Shown: positions 41,597 through 52,048, counted from the stretch's first letter. The stretch is 64,000 nucleotides of DNA from an uncultured Chloroflexia bacterium (GCA_963699235.1 OY969424.1:784884-848883), one strand, 5' to 3'. Notes: generated by a model not told the origin, from the letters alone. A program made the numbers and translations.

Positions 41597-42580
41597 TTCG
41601 GGTTGGGGGTCCCCAGGTGCTCCGCCAGCCAGAGGTCGCGCTCGACGCGGGCGTCGTCGTTCATCGCGTGGCCGGTGTCGTACGTGCGGGTCTCGGCTGA
41701 CGTGCCGGCCGCGGCGCTGATCTCGTCAGCCACTTCTTGAGGGACGTACTCGTCGTTCGAGGCGAACTGGAGCAGGACCGGCCGGGGAGCAGCGAGCGGG
41801 AGCCAGGTCACCGGATCAAGGCCGGCCAGGGCGGCGGTGTATTCAGCCTCGGGATCCTTGATCTCCCAGTACCGATAGAACCAGTCCGCCCAGCGGGCGG
41901 TGGCCGCCATAACGACGAGTGCCTGGAGCCGCTCATCGGCCCCGAACAGGAGCGACGAGTACATGCCGCCGAAGTCGTGGCCCACTGCCGCCAGCCGCGC
42001 CGGGTCCACTTCCGGCCGGGCTGCCAGCAGGTCCAGGCCGCTGCGGAGCATGCGGACATCGGCCTCAACCGCGGGAACGTCATGGGCGATGGAGGTCGGG
42101 GAGTCGTTCCACGGCAGGTTGCCCTGGACCAGGAGCGAGGTCACGCCCAGGGCGGCGAGGGAGCTGGCCTCGGGGAGGAACTCGGTGCGGTTGGAGGTTG
42201 GGTTGCCGTACTCCACCCAGTGGAACCAGATGACGGCTGGACCCGGCGCCTGGGCCGTGGGCGCGTTCGGGGAGCTGGACTCCGCGGCGACCAGGTAGGC
42301 CTCGGTGGTCTCGACGCCATCGGCCTCGAAGGTCAAGTCGGTGGTGGTCACGCCGTTGATCGTTTCGCTACTGACCACGGTCACGGTGGGTGCTTCGGGC
42401 GCGAAGGCAAAGCGAGCGGGGTCCGCGACGGCCGGCTCGGTGGAGGGTCTGCTCGACATGGCGGGACTCGCCTCCTCGCTGGGAGCCGGGGGTTGACGGG
42501 CTGGCGGACTCCTCGCCAGCCGGGTTCGTACAACCCGCGAGGAGCGACACCGCGACCAGGGTCGCGGCCGCCCCCCGCAT
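41593..42580 (-). pseudogene. lipoprotein alpha/beta hydrolase, frame break in G/C run about 42488..42492 (may be an assembly indel)
   Basis: Lipoprotein signal MRGAAATLVAVSLLAGC (ATG 42580, frame of ORF 42368..42739). The mature enzyme lies in ORF 41593..42459 (VGHDFGG nucleophile elbow). The frames differ by one base within the linker. Confidence 0.7.
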
Positions 42581-42632
42581 CCTCACACTCAACCTACCCC
42601 TCTTCGCCCCGGGATGGTTCATCCCGCCGAGG

Positions 42633-44307
42633 CTACATGCTGATGGAGGGGACCACCTCGGCACCAGGCTCGGCGGATTCGGCGCGCTGGCCCATCCGGC
42701 CGCCCGGCATGACGAACAGGATGACGGCCGCGGCGGCAAGCGCGGTGAAGATGCCCACGGTGAACGTCGCGGCGGTCGCGATCGAGAACGCGTTGTGGAT
42801 GGCGCTCACGATGCCCGGGATGAGCGGTTCGACCATCGCCTGGAACTCGGGCGGGACCTGGGCCAGGATGGCGGCCCCGAGGTCACCGACGCCACCCAGG
42901 TTGTTCAGGGCGTCGCCGCCTGCCAGCGCCCCAGTGAACTCGGGCGGGACGCCGGCCGCTTCGAGCTGCTTCGGGACCTCCTCCAGCAGCACGGAGCCGA
43001 AGATCGGACCCGGTGATGGCCAGGCCCATCGACCCGCCCACCTGCTGGAACAGGGTCACGCTCGACGTGCCGGTTCCCAGCTCCTGGACGGGAACGTTGT
43101 TCTGGACAACGAGCGTGAAGATGGCGAACGCCGGACCGATGCCCAGGCCGGTGATGAACATCCAGAGCGCGAGCAGGGCGATGGGGGTCTCGGGCGTGAT
43201 CTGGGTCATGAGGAACAGGCCGCCGGCCATGACCAGCATGGCGCCGAAAATGATCGGCTTGTAGCGGCCGGTGCGGGACACGATCTGGCCCGAGGTGATG
43301 GCCGCCACGATGAGCCCGCCGACCAGTGGCAGGATCTGGTAGCCGGACTCGGTGGCTGACGAGCCCTGCACCACCTGGAACCAGCGCGGCATGAAGATGA
43401 CCGCCGCGAAGAAGCCCATCGCGGACAGGAACATGGCGAGCACGCTGGCGGTGAAGGCCCGGATCCGGAACAGGTGGAGCGGCAGGATGGGCTCCTTCGC
43501 CCGCGACTCGGCCCACAGGAAGACCAGTGTCATGACCACCCCGACCAGGATGAGACCCCCAACGTCCGGATCGGTCCATTCGCCGAACTGCTTCTGGGTC
43601 AGACCGATGAGGATCGGCACCAAAGCGGCCACCAGCAGCGCAGCGCCCAGGTAGTCGATGTTGCTGGTGGCGTTCTCGAGGCGCCGGGTCGGGAGCGTGC
43701 GCCAGATGACGACCAGCACGATGAGCCCGAGCGGGATGTTCACGAAGAAGATCCAGTGCCATCCGAAGTTGTCGGTGATCAGCCCACCGATAGCCGGACC
43801 GATGAGGAACGCGATCCCGAACACGGCCCCGAAGAATCCCTGGTACTTGCCGCGCTCCGACGGCGCGAAGATGTCGCCGATGATGGCGAGCGAGACCGGG
43901 AACAGGGCACCGGCGCCGAGACCCTGGAGGCCACGGAACAGGATCAGCTGCCACATCTCCTGGGACAGACCGCACAGCAGGGAGCCGATCAGGAAGATGC
44001 TGACGCCGAACAGGAAGATCGGGCGGCGGCCGAACATGTCGGAGAGCTTGCCGTAGATCGGGCCGCTGACGGTGGCCGTCAGCAGGTAGGCGGTGATGGG
44101 CCAGATGTAGATGTCGTTGCCGTTGAGGTCGGTGATGATCGTGGGCATCGCGGTGCCGACGATCGTGTTGTCGAGCGCCGACAGGAAGATCCCGAGCAGG
44201 ACGACGAGCAGGATCTCCATCCGCTCGCGATGCGGCAGCTCGATGGGCGCCTTGTCCCAATCGGCGGGGGCGTGGTTGGCGGTCGAGTGCGCGGAGGCAG
44301 CGGTCAT
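42633..44307 (-). pseudogene. DHA2-type (14-TMS, EmrB/QacA-like) MFS transporter, frame break about 43002..43010 (may be an assembly indel)
   Basis: ORF 42883..44307 (LDNTIVGTAMPTI, GKLSDMFGRRP). The last helices continue in ORF 42633..42992 (..IFGSVLLEEVPKQLEAAGVPPEF..). Confidence 0.8.
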
Positions 44308-44466
44308 GTGCGGTGGGTTCTCCCGTGAGTCGTCCGTGGACGGTCAGTGGTCGCCCGGATCGGACCGGGGGAGTCTACGCTTTTCGCCGAGCCGCCGCTT
44401 TGCCCCGCAGAGTGCCCTCGTGGGCGCCTTCGACACCGCGCTTGACACGCGGCTGACCATCGGTCC

Positions 44467-45150
44467 ATGGCCCCCGGCGACCCGACCGGCCCGCGCGGCG
44501 GATTCTGCTGCGTCGAGGATCTCGACCAGATCGGGTGTGACGGGCTCGGCTGGGAATCGGACCTGGCGAGGTTCCGCGAGCGGGGACCGCGCGATGAGAC
44601 CGCCGAGCTCCTCAGGACCGTGCTTCGCGAGGACATGTCCGGCGTGACCGTGATCGACGTCGGGGCCGGGATCGGAGTCGTGCACCTCGCCCTGCTGGAG
44701 GCGGGTGCCGCTCGGGCGGTGGACGTGGACGCGTCGAAGGACTACCTCGCCGCCGCCCGAGCCGAGGCCGGCAGGCGCGGCCTCGCGGACCGGGTCGAGT
44801 ACCGATACGGGGACGTCGTGGAGCTGGCGGCGGACCTGCCACCGGCGGAGGTGGTGGTGGCCGACTCGGTGGTCTGCTGCTATCCGTTCCTCGACCGCCT
44901 GGTGGCGGCTGTCGTGTCGCCGCAGCCCCGGGTGGTGGGCCTCACCTACGTCCAGGACCGATGGTGGATGCGCACCGGCATGCATGTGATGAACGGGCTG
45001 TGGGCCCTCTCACGCCGCCCGGATCGCTGGTACACCCACCGAAACGCCACCCTCGACCGACTGATGGCCGGGGCTGGGTACGAGGTCATCCACGACGGCG
45101 GGCCGTGGTACTGGCGGGTCGTGGTCTACCGCCGCGCGTCAGCCAGCTGA
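44467..45150 (+). CDS. class I SAM-dependent methyltransferase
   Basis: ORF 44467..45150. Motif I (VIDVGAGIGVVHLALLEAG). The start is uncertain. Confidence 0.7.
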   Translation: MAPGDPTGPRGGFCCVEDLDQIGCDGLGWESDLARFRERGPRDETAELLRTVLREDMSGVTVIDVGAGIGVVHLALLEAGAARAVDVDASKDYLAAARAEAGRRGLADRVEYRYGDVVELAADLPPAEVVVADSVVCCYPFLDRLVAAVVSPQPRVVGLTYVQDRWWMRTGMHVMNGLWALSRRPDRWYTHRNATLDRLMAGAGYEVIHDGGPWYWRVVVYRRASAS

Positions 45151-45918
45151 AGCGTGGAGCGGCGCCGAGGCTTCGAGGTCGAGGAGGGCACGCTTGCGCC
45201 AGAGACCACCGCCGTAGCCGGTGAGGTCGCCGTCGGAGCCGATGACGCGGTGACAGGGCACGACGATGGCGACCGGGTTGCGGCCGTTGGCTCGACCGAT
45301 GGCCCGGACCGCGCGCGGCCGCCCCACTTCGGCGGCGCCCTCGGCATAGGTGCGGGTCTCGCCGGACGGGATGGTCTGGAGCCAGGACCAGACCGATTCC
45401 TCGAACGCGGTGCCGCGGCGAGCGAGCGGCAGATCGAACGTCGTCCTGCGGCTGCCGGCGAAGTAGTCGGTGAGCTGGGTCTCGAGCTCGTCCAGGTGAT
45501 CGTTGCGGCCGATGGTCGGCGTGGCGCGGAGCCGCTGCGAGGCGTTTCGCAGCGCCGTGCGAGTCGCCCGCCGGTCGGCGAAGTCGAGGACGGCGATGCC
45601 CTCGTCCACCGCGGCCGCGACCATGGCCCCGATCGGGGTCTCGATCCGGGTGACCAGCAGCTGGCGCTCGGGAGCCGGGTCGCGTGACGGTCGGGGCGCG
45701 CCGGGTGGGTGCATCGGTCGACAACGCTTGCAAGGCCGGAAGCCGGCGACCAGCCCGTCCCAGGTCGTGGCGTGGAACTCTACGTTCTGGGGGAGTGGCG
45801 TTCGCGACGGGCACGTCGGTCGGCAGAAGATGCCGGTCGTCCGCACCGCGACCACGAACACGCCCTCGGCACCTGGGTCCCGGTCCGCCATCAATCGGTA
45901 CATCTCGGTGTCGTCCAT
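45139..45918 (-). CDS. Ada-type zinc-binding domain fused to methylated-DNA--protein-cysteine methyltransferase
   Basis: In-frame ATG 45918 (MDDTEMYRLM) of ORF 45139..46068. Ada Cys cluster (FCRPTCPSR...FRPCKRCRP) and the MGMT active site (IVVPCHRVIGSDG). Confidence 0.85.
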   Translation of the reverse strand: MDDTEMYRLMADRDPGAEGVFVVAVRTTGIFCRPTCPSRTPLPQNVEFHATTWDGLVAGFRPCKRCRPMHPPGAPRPSRDPAPERQLLVTRIETPIGAMVAAAVDEGIAVLDFADRRATRTALRNASQRLRATPTIGRNDHLDELETQLTDYFAGSRRTTFDLPLARRGTAFEESVWSWLQTIPSGETRTYAEGAAEVGRPRAVRAIGRANGRNPVAIVVPCHRVIGSDGDLTGYGGGLWRKRALLDLEASAPLHASAG

Positions 45919-45953
45919 GTCAGTGAAACGCCGCGGGGCGTGGCCGTGTGAGG

Positions 45954-46451
45954 TCAGCTGCGCTCGAGCTCGTCGCGCAGCGCGGACAGGACCTCGAGGT
46001 GGGCGAGGTCGCGCAGCCGGCCCGAGGCGCGCTTCATGGCGATGAGGTCCTCGATGCCGGCCACCCACACCCTGACCTCGCCGAGATCGAGCTCGGTCGC
46101 GTTGCGGCGCAGGGCCTCGTAGCCACCGGATCCGGACGGCATCCCGAGGATGTCGAGATCGCCGGCATCGGTCACGAAGGTGAACGTGTCGCCCTTGCGG
46201 AGGGTGCGCGCGTCGAGTCGAAACGGGAGGCCCTCATCGGCGCCGCGGAGCTTGGCATGCAGCTCGCGCAGGGCGGCCGCGAGCCGCTCGAGGTTCTTCG
46301 GATCGCGGGAGTAGCAGACGTCGATGTCGACGGTCAGGATCGTCGACCCCAGCAGCTTCCCGGCGAAGCCGCCGATGACGACGTACTGGACGCCATGCCG
46401 GTTCAGGGTCTGGAATGAGCGAATCGGGTCGAACTGGCGGTCGGTGGTCAT
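45954..46451 (-). CDS. nucleotidyltransferase-fold protein (candidate toxin partner of XRE regulator)
   Basis: ORF 45954..46451, 165 aa. Pattern VQYVVIGGFAGKLLGS...TVDIDVCY, typical of minimal NTase-fold proteins. Its start overlaps the stop of the upstream HTH gene by 4 nt. Confidence 0.65.
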   Translation of the reverse strand: MTTDRQFDPIRSFQTLNRHGVQYVVIGGFAGKLLGSTILTVDIDVCYSRDPKNLERLAAALRELHAKLRGADEGLPFRLDARTLRKGDTFTFVTDAGDLDILGMPSGSGGYEALRRNATELDLGEVRVWVAGIEDLIAMKRASGRLRDLAHLEVLSALRDELERS

Positions 46452-46759
46452 GCGCGAGGCGCCCGGAGCCGAGCCTCGAACCGCGCTTCCTGGATGGCGA
46501 GTCGGGCCCGCGCTGCCGGGGTCAGCTCCAGACGATCGCGGATGAGGCTCCGGTCCTCCTCCCGTCCGGCCAGCGGTGAGAGCTCGAGCTCCTGCCCGGC
46601 GGCATTGAGGAGGAGGCGCAGCGTACCCATGGTCGGGTTGATCCGGTCCGTCTCGATTCGGCCGACGGTGGACTGCGGGACACCGGCGAGTGCCGCCAGC
46701 TCGACCTGGGTCAGGCCGGCGCGGCGTCGCGCGTGTCGGAGAAGGTTCGCCGTTCGCAT
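46448..46759 (-). CDS. XRE-family helix-turn-helix protein (candidate antitoxin)
   Basis: In-frame ATG 46759 (MRTANLLRHARRRAGLTQVELAALAGVPQSTVGRIETDRINP) of ORF 46448..47848. Confidence 0.8.
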   Translation of the reverse strand: MRTANLLRHARRRAGLTQVELAALAGVPQSTVGRIETDRINPTMGTLRLLLNAAGQELELSPLAGREEDRSLIRDRLELTPAARARLAIQEARFEARLRAPRA

Positions 46760-46870
46760 CGGGCTGCAGTCTAGCATGTCTATAGCGTAGATGCTATAGC
46801 CTAGGCGTTTGCAGTCGACGGTGGCATGCCTCGACCGCTGATCGCGGACAATCGCCCCGTGAAACGACCG

Positions 46871-47800
46871 ATGAAGGTGGGCGTGCAGCTCCCCGAGGTG
46901 GAGTGGGTGCCGCGCTGGACGGACATCCGGGAGATGGCCCTCGCGGCGGAGGAGATCGGACTCGACTCGATCTGGGTGGGCGACCACCTCCTGTATCGGT
47001 ACCTCGACGACGCCGGCACCGAGACAGAGCCCGCTCGGGGCCCGTGGGAGGCGTGGACCACCCTGGCCGCGGTGGCGGCGGTGACCGAGCGAATCCAGCT
47101 CGGGCCGCTGGTCGCGGCAACGTCTTTCCACAACCCGGCGATGTTGGCCAAGAAGGCCGCGACGCTGGACGAGATCAGCGGCGGCCGCCTCATCCTGGGC
47201 CTGGGTGCGGGCTGGAATGAGACCGAATACACCGCCTACGGCTATCCATTCGATCACCGCGTCAGCCGATTCGAGGAGGCATTCACCATCATTCGGACCC
47301 TCCTCCATGATGGCCGGATCGACTTTGCGGGCGATTACTACCGCCTTACCAATGCGGAGCTCATCCCCCGAGGGCCGCAGCCGAACGGCCCGCCGCTGAT
47401 GGTGGGCTCGATGGGGGAGCGGATGCTCTCGATCACCCTCCCCCATGTGCAGTCGTGGAACGCGTGGTTCACCTGGTTCGGGAACTCGCCCGAGGGGTAC
47501 CCGGCGCTCCGTGACCAGATCGACGCCGCCTGCCGGGCCGCTGGTCGCGACCCCGCCACCCTGGAGCGGACGCTGGCCGTGCTCGTGACCCTGCCCGGCG
47601 GCGAAGGCCGTCCGCAGGGGAGCCACGACCGTGACCCGGTCGAGCCCATATCCGGCGACCCGGAGGTGCTGGCCGCCGCTCTCCGCGGATTCGCGGCCGA
47701 GGGGGTGGGCCACATCCAGCTGGTCATCGACCCGATCACCGCCGACGGCATCCGCGCCCTGGCCCCGGCCCTCGCCCTCCTCGACCGCAGCCATGGCTGA
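46871..47800 (+). CDS. LLM-class F420-dependent oxidoreductase
   Basis: Frame of ORF 46826..47800. Start at MKVGVQLP (46871), with an alternative ATG at 46826. Pattern GLDSIWVGDHLL ... LGLGAGWNETEY. Confidence 0.85.
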   Translation: MKVGVQLPEVEWVPRWTDIREMALAAEEIGLDSIWVGDHLLYRYLDDAGTETEPARGPWEAWTTLAAVAAVTERIQLGPLVAATSFHNPAMLAKKAATLDEISGGRLILGLGAGWNETEYTAYGYPFDHRVSRFEEAFTIIRTLLHDGRIDFAGDYYRLTNAELIPRGPQPNGPPLMVGSMGERMLSITLPHVQSWNAWFTWFGNSPEGYPALRDQIDAACRAAGRDPATLERTLAVLVTLPGGEGRPQGSHDRDPVEPISGDPEVLAAALRGFAAEGVGHIQLVIDPITADGIRALAPALALLDRSHG

Positions 47801-48635
47801 CGGCGTCGCCCCCGAAGCGCCCGCCGTAGATTCGGCCGATCGGCTCACCGAGCGGCACTACTGGGACGACTACTGGGACCACGTTCAGCTGCCGCTGGCG
47901 CGGGAGCATCGGCCCGGGCAGCTGTACATCAACGAGATCCTCGACGTCTTCGATCGGTACCTGCCCCGCGATCCCACGATGACCGCCATCGAGATTGGCG
48001 GAACTCCCGGCGCGTACCTCTCGTACGTGCACCGCACCTTCGGCTACCACGTCACCTGCCTCGACTATTCCGAGCGTGGATGCGCCGCCACCCGCGAGAA
48101 CTTCGCCCTGCTGGGCATTCCCGGTGTCGTCCGTCACGCGGACCTGTTCGCCGACCACCTCGAGCTGCCGAGGTTCGACCTCGTCTACTCGCTCGGGCTG
48201 ATCGAGCACTTCACCGACCTGGCCGGCGTCGTCGAGCGGCACGTGCGCCTGGTCAAGCCGGGCGGGTGGCTGCTCCTTGGCGTGCCGGACTTCCTGGGCA
48301 TCAACGGCTGGTTCCTGAGGCGGCTCGGCCCCCGCGTCTACGCCCAGCACCAGATGGAGACGATGAAGCTGGAGAACTGGGAGCCGCTCGAGCGCCGGTT
48401 CGGGTTCACGACCCTGTTCAAGGGCTATGTCGGGGGGTTCGAGCCGAGCATCTTCCTGCGGCGCGAGGATGAGACGCCGGCGAACCGCGTGCCGTACGCC
48501 GTCGCCAAGGGGCTCAGCCGCGCGCTGAGCACCCACGCCCGGCCGCTGCGCCGAATGAACGCGTCGTGGCTCAGTGGCTATGCGATGGCCGTGTACCGCG
48601 TGCCGTCGGGGGTCAGCCCGCCCGGTTCAAGCTGA
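47793..48635 (+). CDS. class I SAM-dependent methyltransferase
   Basis: ATG 47793 in ORF 47631..48635, overlapping the LLM stop. Motif I-like IEIGGTPGAY and post-I LDYSE. Confidence 0.7.
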   Translation: MADGVAPEAPAVDSADRLTERHYWDDYWDHVQLPLAREHRPGQLYINEILDVFDRYLPRDPTMTAIEIGGTPGAYLSYVHRTFGYHVTCLDYSERGCAATRENFALLGIPGVVRHADLFADHLELPRFDLVYSLGLIEHFTDLAGVVERHVRLVKPGGWLLLGVPDFLGINGWFLRRLGPRVYAQHQMETMKLENWEPLERRFGFTTLFKGYVGGFEPSIFLRREDETPANRVPYAVAKGLSRALSTHARPLRRMNASWLSGYAMAVYRVPSGVSPPGSS

Positions 48636-48990
48636 GAAAGCGGTCCACGCCGCCGAGCCGGAGCAACCGGCGCTGTACCCGGTTGAACGCCAGCAGACCT
48701 TCCTCTGGACCGACGATCCGAGGCGTCGTGACCGAGACGTCGCCGCCGCGCCAGCGCAGCGTCGCGCCCCCGGCAGCGAGCACGTTGTGGACCCACTGCG
48801 AGCCGTCAAACGGTAGCGGGACGATAAATCCGTCGTCTGTCGTCCGGACAACGATGGGCACCTGGTACGTGCGACCGGACTTCCGCCCGGTGTAGTTGAC
48901 GATCGCCCACAGCGCGAACCAGCGGTGGCCGGCCATCGGTCTGCTGAACGGCCGAGTGATGCGGGCAAGGGTTCGGAGAAGATCGTTCAC
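48613..48990 (-). CDS. nitroreductase-family deazaflavin(F420)-dependent oxidoreductase (DUF385/Ddn-like), paralog
   Basis: Frame of ORF 48613..49125. Candidate GTG start at 48990 (VNDLLRTLARI). Pattern YTGRKSGRTYQVPIVV ... SQWVHNVLAAGGATLRW. Confidence 0.65.
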   Translation of the reverse strand: MNDLLRTLARITRPFSRPMAGHRWFALWAIVNYTGRKSGRTYQVPIVVRTTDDGFIVPLPFDGSQWVHNVLAAGGATLRWRGGDVSVTTPRIVGPEEGLLAFNRVQRRLLRLGGVDRFLSLNRAG

Positions 48991-49069
48991 GGTCGGCAGC
49001 GTAGGGACGCCTGATCGGCCTGACCTCACGGGATACCGTGAGAGGCGGTCATTCGGCCTCGCGTGCGGC

Positions 49070-50104
49070 TCAGGCCAGTCCCCGGCGAACGGCCCACGCC
49101 GTGGCATCGGCTCGGCCGCGGGCATCGATCCGTCGGTAGACGTCGGCGACGTGACGCTCGACGGTGTTGATCGTGATCCCGAGGTGCTCGGCGATCTCGT
49201 CGTTCGTCTCGCCCGCGGCGATCAGGCGGAGGACGTCGAGCTGTCGGGCGGTGAGGGGTCTGGCAGCCGGCCGATCGGTGACCGGGTCGCGGACCGTCCC
49301 GTCCCTGGCGTAGGCAGCCAAAAGGTCCACGACCACATCGGTATCGGTGAAAAGCAGACCCGCCGATGGCCCGGGCAGGATCCGGAGCACGGCGCCGGGC
49401 ACGGCTGCCGCCAGCTCCTCGGACATGGCCAGCGGGATGACCGATCCTTCGGCTCGGTGGAGGACCAGGGTCGGACAGGCGATCCGGGCGGCCGCATCGG
49501 TCACGTCGATCACGCTCGCCGCGTCCAGGGTGGCCCGGGCGATGGCCGGCGTCGTGGCGGTGCGGACCCAGTCCGCCGCGAGGCGGCCTTCCTCGCCGGC
49601 GGTCCACCCCAGCCAGGCGTGGGCGATGGCGTCGGCGAACGTGTCCCAGTCGCGCTCGATGAGCGACAGGAGGGCCTGGGTCGCCGGGTCGCTCATGGGA
49701 TTCCAGCCGCGGGTCGAGCCACCGAACAGGACGAGGCGCGCGACGCGCTTGGGGTTTGCGGCTGCGAAGGCGATGGCGTGCGTGCACGAGTTGTAGAAGC
49801 CGAGCAGAGTGGCCGGCCGCTGTCCGACGGTCGTCCGCAGGACCGCGTCGAGGTCGGCGACCATGGCGTCCAGCGACAAGTCCTTCACCTCGCGCTCCGA
49901 GCCCCCGGTACCGCGGCCGTCGTACTGGACCAGGTGGAGCTCGGCCGCCAGCGTCTCGTAGGCGTGTCGGAGGACGGGGATGCGCCACTCCGCTTCGAGG
50001 TTGCTGAAGGGAACGCCGGGGAGGAAGACGAGGGGTGGGCCATGGCTGCGCGCGGCGTAGGCGATCTCGGAGCCATCGGCGGACGTCACGAACGCGGTCG
50101 TCAT
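49070..50104 (-). CDS. alpha/beta-hydrolase-fold domain fused to LuxR-type HTH domain
   Basis: ORF 49070..50104, 344 aa. The N-terminal ~270 aa have hydrolase-fold features. The C-terminus LTARQLDVLRLIAAGETNDEIAEHLGITINTVERHVADVYRRIDA is a LuxR/GerE HTH. Confidence 0.8.
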   Translation of the reverse strand: MTTAFVTSADGSEIAYAARSHGPPLVFLPGVPFSNLEAEWRIPVLRHAYETLAAELHLVQYDGRGTGGSEREVKDLSLDAMVADLDAVLRTTVGQRPATLLGFYNSCTHAIAFAAANPKRVARLVLFGGSTRGWNPMSDPATQALLSLIERDWDTFADAIAHAWLGWTAGEEGRLAADWVRTATTPAIARATLDAASVIDVTDAAARIACPTLVLHRAEGSVIPLAMSEELAAAVPGAVLRILPGPSAGLLFTDTDVVVDLLAAYARDGTVRDPVTDRPAARPLTARQLDVLRLIAAGETNDEIAEHLGITINTVERHVADVYRRIDARGRADATAWAVRRGLA

Positions 50105-50137
50105 CGGCTTCGCCAGTCTATTCGGGGCGGAGTGGGG

Positions 50138-51430
50138 CTAGAGGGCCGCCAGCTCCGCCGAGCGTCGGTCGAGGAACGCCCGTTCGGCCTCGTTCGAGGT
50201 CAGGGCTGCGGCCCGGAGGTACGCCTCGCGCGCCTCCTCGCGGCGGTCGAGCCGGCGGAGGAGATCGGCGCGGGCGGAGTGAAGGTAGGAGTAATCGGCC
50301 AATGAGCCCTCCTGTGCAAGCTCATCCATGATGGACAGACCAGCCGCAGGCCCGGCCACCATGGCCACCGCAACCGCCCGGTTGAGGGCGACCACCGGCG
50401 TCGGGTGGACGGCCGCCAGCTCGTCGTACAGCTCGAGGATGTGGGGCCAGTCGGTGGCTTCGGGCTCCGTCGCGGCGTCGTGGGTGGCGGCGATCCCTGC
50501 CTGGAGGAGGTACGGCCCCGGGGCTCCGGCGCGGCCTGCTTGGTCCACGAGGTCCTGCCCCTCCCCGATCTTGAGGCGATCCCACTTCGTCCGATCCTGG
50601 GCGGCGAGCAGGACGAGGGTCCCATCGGCCTGGACCCGTGCCGGGCGCCGCGCGTCGTGGAGCAGCATGAGGGCAAGGAGACCGATGGCTTCGGGCTCGT
50701 CGGGCATCAGGGCGGCCAGGACGCGCGCGAGACGGATCGCCTCGGCACACAGCTCGCGGCGGATCAGGGCCTCGCCCGACGAGGCGTCGTAGCCCTCGTT
50801 GAAGATGAGGTAGAGCACGGCGAGCACGCCGTCGAGCCGCTCGGGCAGCACCTCGGTGGGTGGCACGCGATACGGGATCCCGGCATCGCGGATCTTCCGT
50901 TTGGCGCGGACGAGACGCTGGGCGAGCGTGGGCTCCGGCACGAGGAACGCCCGAGCGATCTCGGCGGTGGTGAGGCCGCCCAGGGTGCGGAGGGTCAGCG
51001 CCACGCGCGCCTCGGGCGCGAGCGCCGGGTGGCAGCAGGTGAAGATCAGCCGGAGCCGATCGTCTGGTATGGCCATCTGGTTGCCGTCGGCATCGGTCTG
51101 TGGGGAGCCGGTTGCATCGGTCAGACCACCCGTCAGGCTGTCCGTCAGCTCAGCCTCCTGCTGGAGGAGGGCGACCTTTTCGGCGTGGCGCTTCGTTCGC
51201 CGGAGCCGGTCGATGGCCCGGTTGCGAGCGGTGGTGATGATCCAGGCCGCCGGGTTGGCGGGCAGACCCTGGACCGGCCACTTCTCGAGCGCGACGACGT
51301 AGGCGTCCTGGATGGACTCCTCGGCCAGGTCGAAATCGCCGAGGACGCGGATGAGGGTCGCGACCGCCCGTCCGTGCTCATCGCGGAACAGGCGGTCGAC
51401 GACCTGGCTGGGGGTGGTCCCGATCGACAC
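50138..51430 (-). CDS. ECF-like sigma-70 factor with long C-terminal extension (DUF6596 type)
   Basis: ORF 50138..51430, 430 aa. Region 2 ([40 protein letters not shown]) and region 4 ([31 protein letters not shown]), followed by a helical-repeat domain of about 230 aa. Confidence 0.85.
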   Translation of the reverse strand: MSIGTTPSQVVDRLFRDEHGRAVATLIRVLGDFDLAEESIQDAYVVALEKWPVQGLPANPAAWIITTARNRAIDRLRRTKRHAEKVALLQQEAELTDSLTGGLTDATGSPQTDADGNQMAIPDDRLRLIFTCCHPALAPEARVALTLRTLGGLTTAEIARAFLVPEPTLAQRLVRAKRKIRDAGIPYRVPPTEVLPERLDGVLAVLYLIFNEGYDASSGEALIRRELCAEAIRLARVLAALMPDEPEAIGLLALMLLHDARRPARVQADGTLVLLAAQDRTKWDRLKIGEGQDLVDQAGRAGAPGPYLLQAGIAATHDAATEPEATDWPHILELYDELAAVHPTPVVALNRAVAVAMVAGPAAGLSIMDELAQEGSLADYSYLHSARADLLRRLDRREEAREAYLRAAALTSNEAERAFLDRRSAELAAL

Positions 51431-51468
51431 CGCCGATCAGGTACCGATGGTCATGGCCGACCCGTTGG

Positions 51469-51882
51469 TCAGGCCGATGCCGCGGCCGCGCCCTCGCCGA
51501 CCGGCACCGCGTCCGCATCCGGCGCGGGGAAGTCGATGACCGGACGGACCTCGATCGAGCCCCACTTCGCGCCGGGGCAGGCCGCGCCCAGCTGGAGGGC
51601 GTGGTCCAGGTCGCGGGCCTCGACCAGGTAGAAGCCACCGAGGGCTTCCTTGGTCTCGGCGAACGGGCCGTCGGTGGTCAGGGTCTGGCCGTCGCGAATC
51701 CGGATGGTGGTCGCGGTCGGGTTCGGCTGGAGCGCCTCGCCGCCGAGGTACACGCCGGTGTCGCGCAGCATGGAGGTGAACTTGTTGTACTCCTCCATGA
51801 CCTGGCCCCACTCGGCCGGATCGGGCGGGTTGGGCGACGGGTTGGCGGTCTCCTCGTCGTAGATCAGGATGACGTAGCGCAT
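51469..51882 (-). CDS. YciI family protein
   Basis: In-frame ATG 51882 (MRYVILIYDEE...GPFAETKEALGGFYLVEARDLDHAL) of ORF 51469..52281. Confidence 0.85.
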   Translation of the reverse strand: MRYVILIYDEETANPSPNPPDPAEWGQVMEEYNKFTSMLRDTGVYLGGEALQPNPTATTIRIRDGQTLTTDGPFAETKEALGGFYLVEARDLDHALQLGAACPGAKWGSIEVRPVIDFPAPDADAVPVGEGAAAASA

Positions 51883-51987
51883 GGGTTCCTCCTGTGATGG
51901 ATGGAGCAGCGTGACATTCCTGCTGCTGTCTCTACGACGAACGGGATGGCAGGAGTTCGACAGTAGCAGGGCGTGGAAATTTCGGGC

Positions 51988-52025
51988 GCAAAGGAAGGAC
52001 CCCCGCCGGGCGAGGGCGGGGGTCC
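51988..52025 (-). terminator. intrinsic terminator downstream of 52049..52537
   Basis: GGACCCCCGCC (51997..52007) pairs with GGCGGGGGTCC (52015..52025). On the minus strand a T-rich tract (TTCCTTT) follows. Confidence 0.55.
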
Positions 52026-52048
52026 AACGGGTCAGGCGTCGTGCGAGG

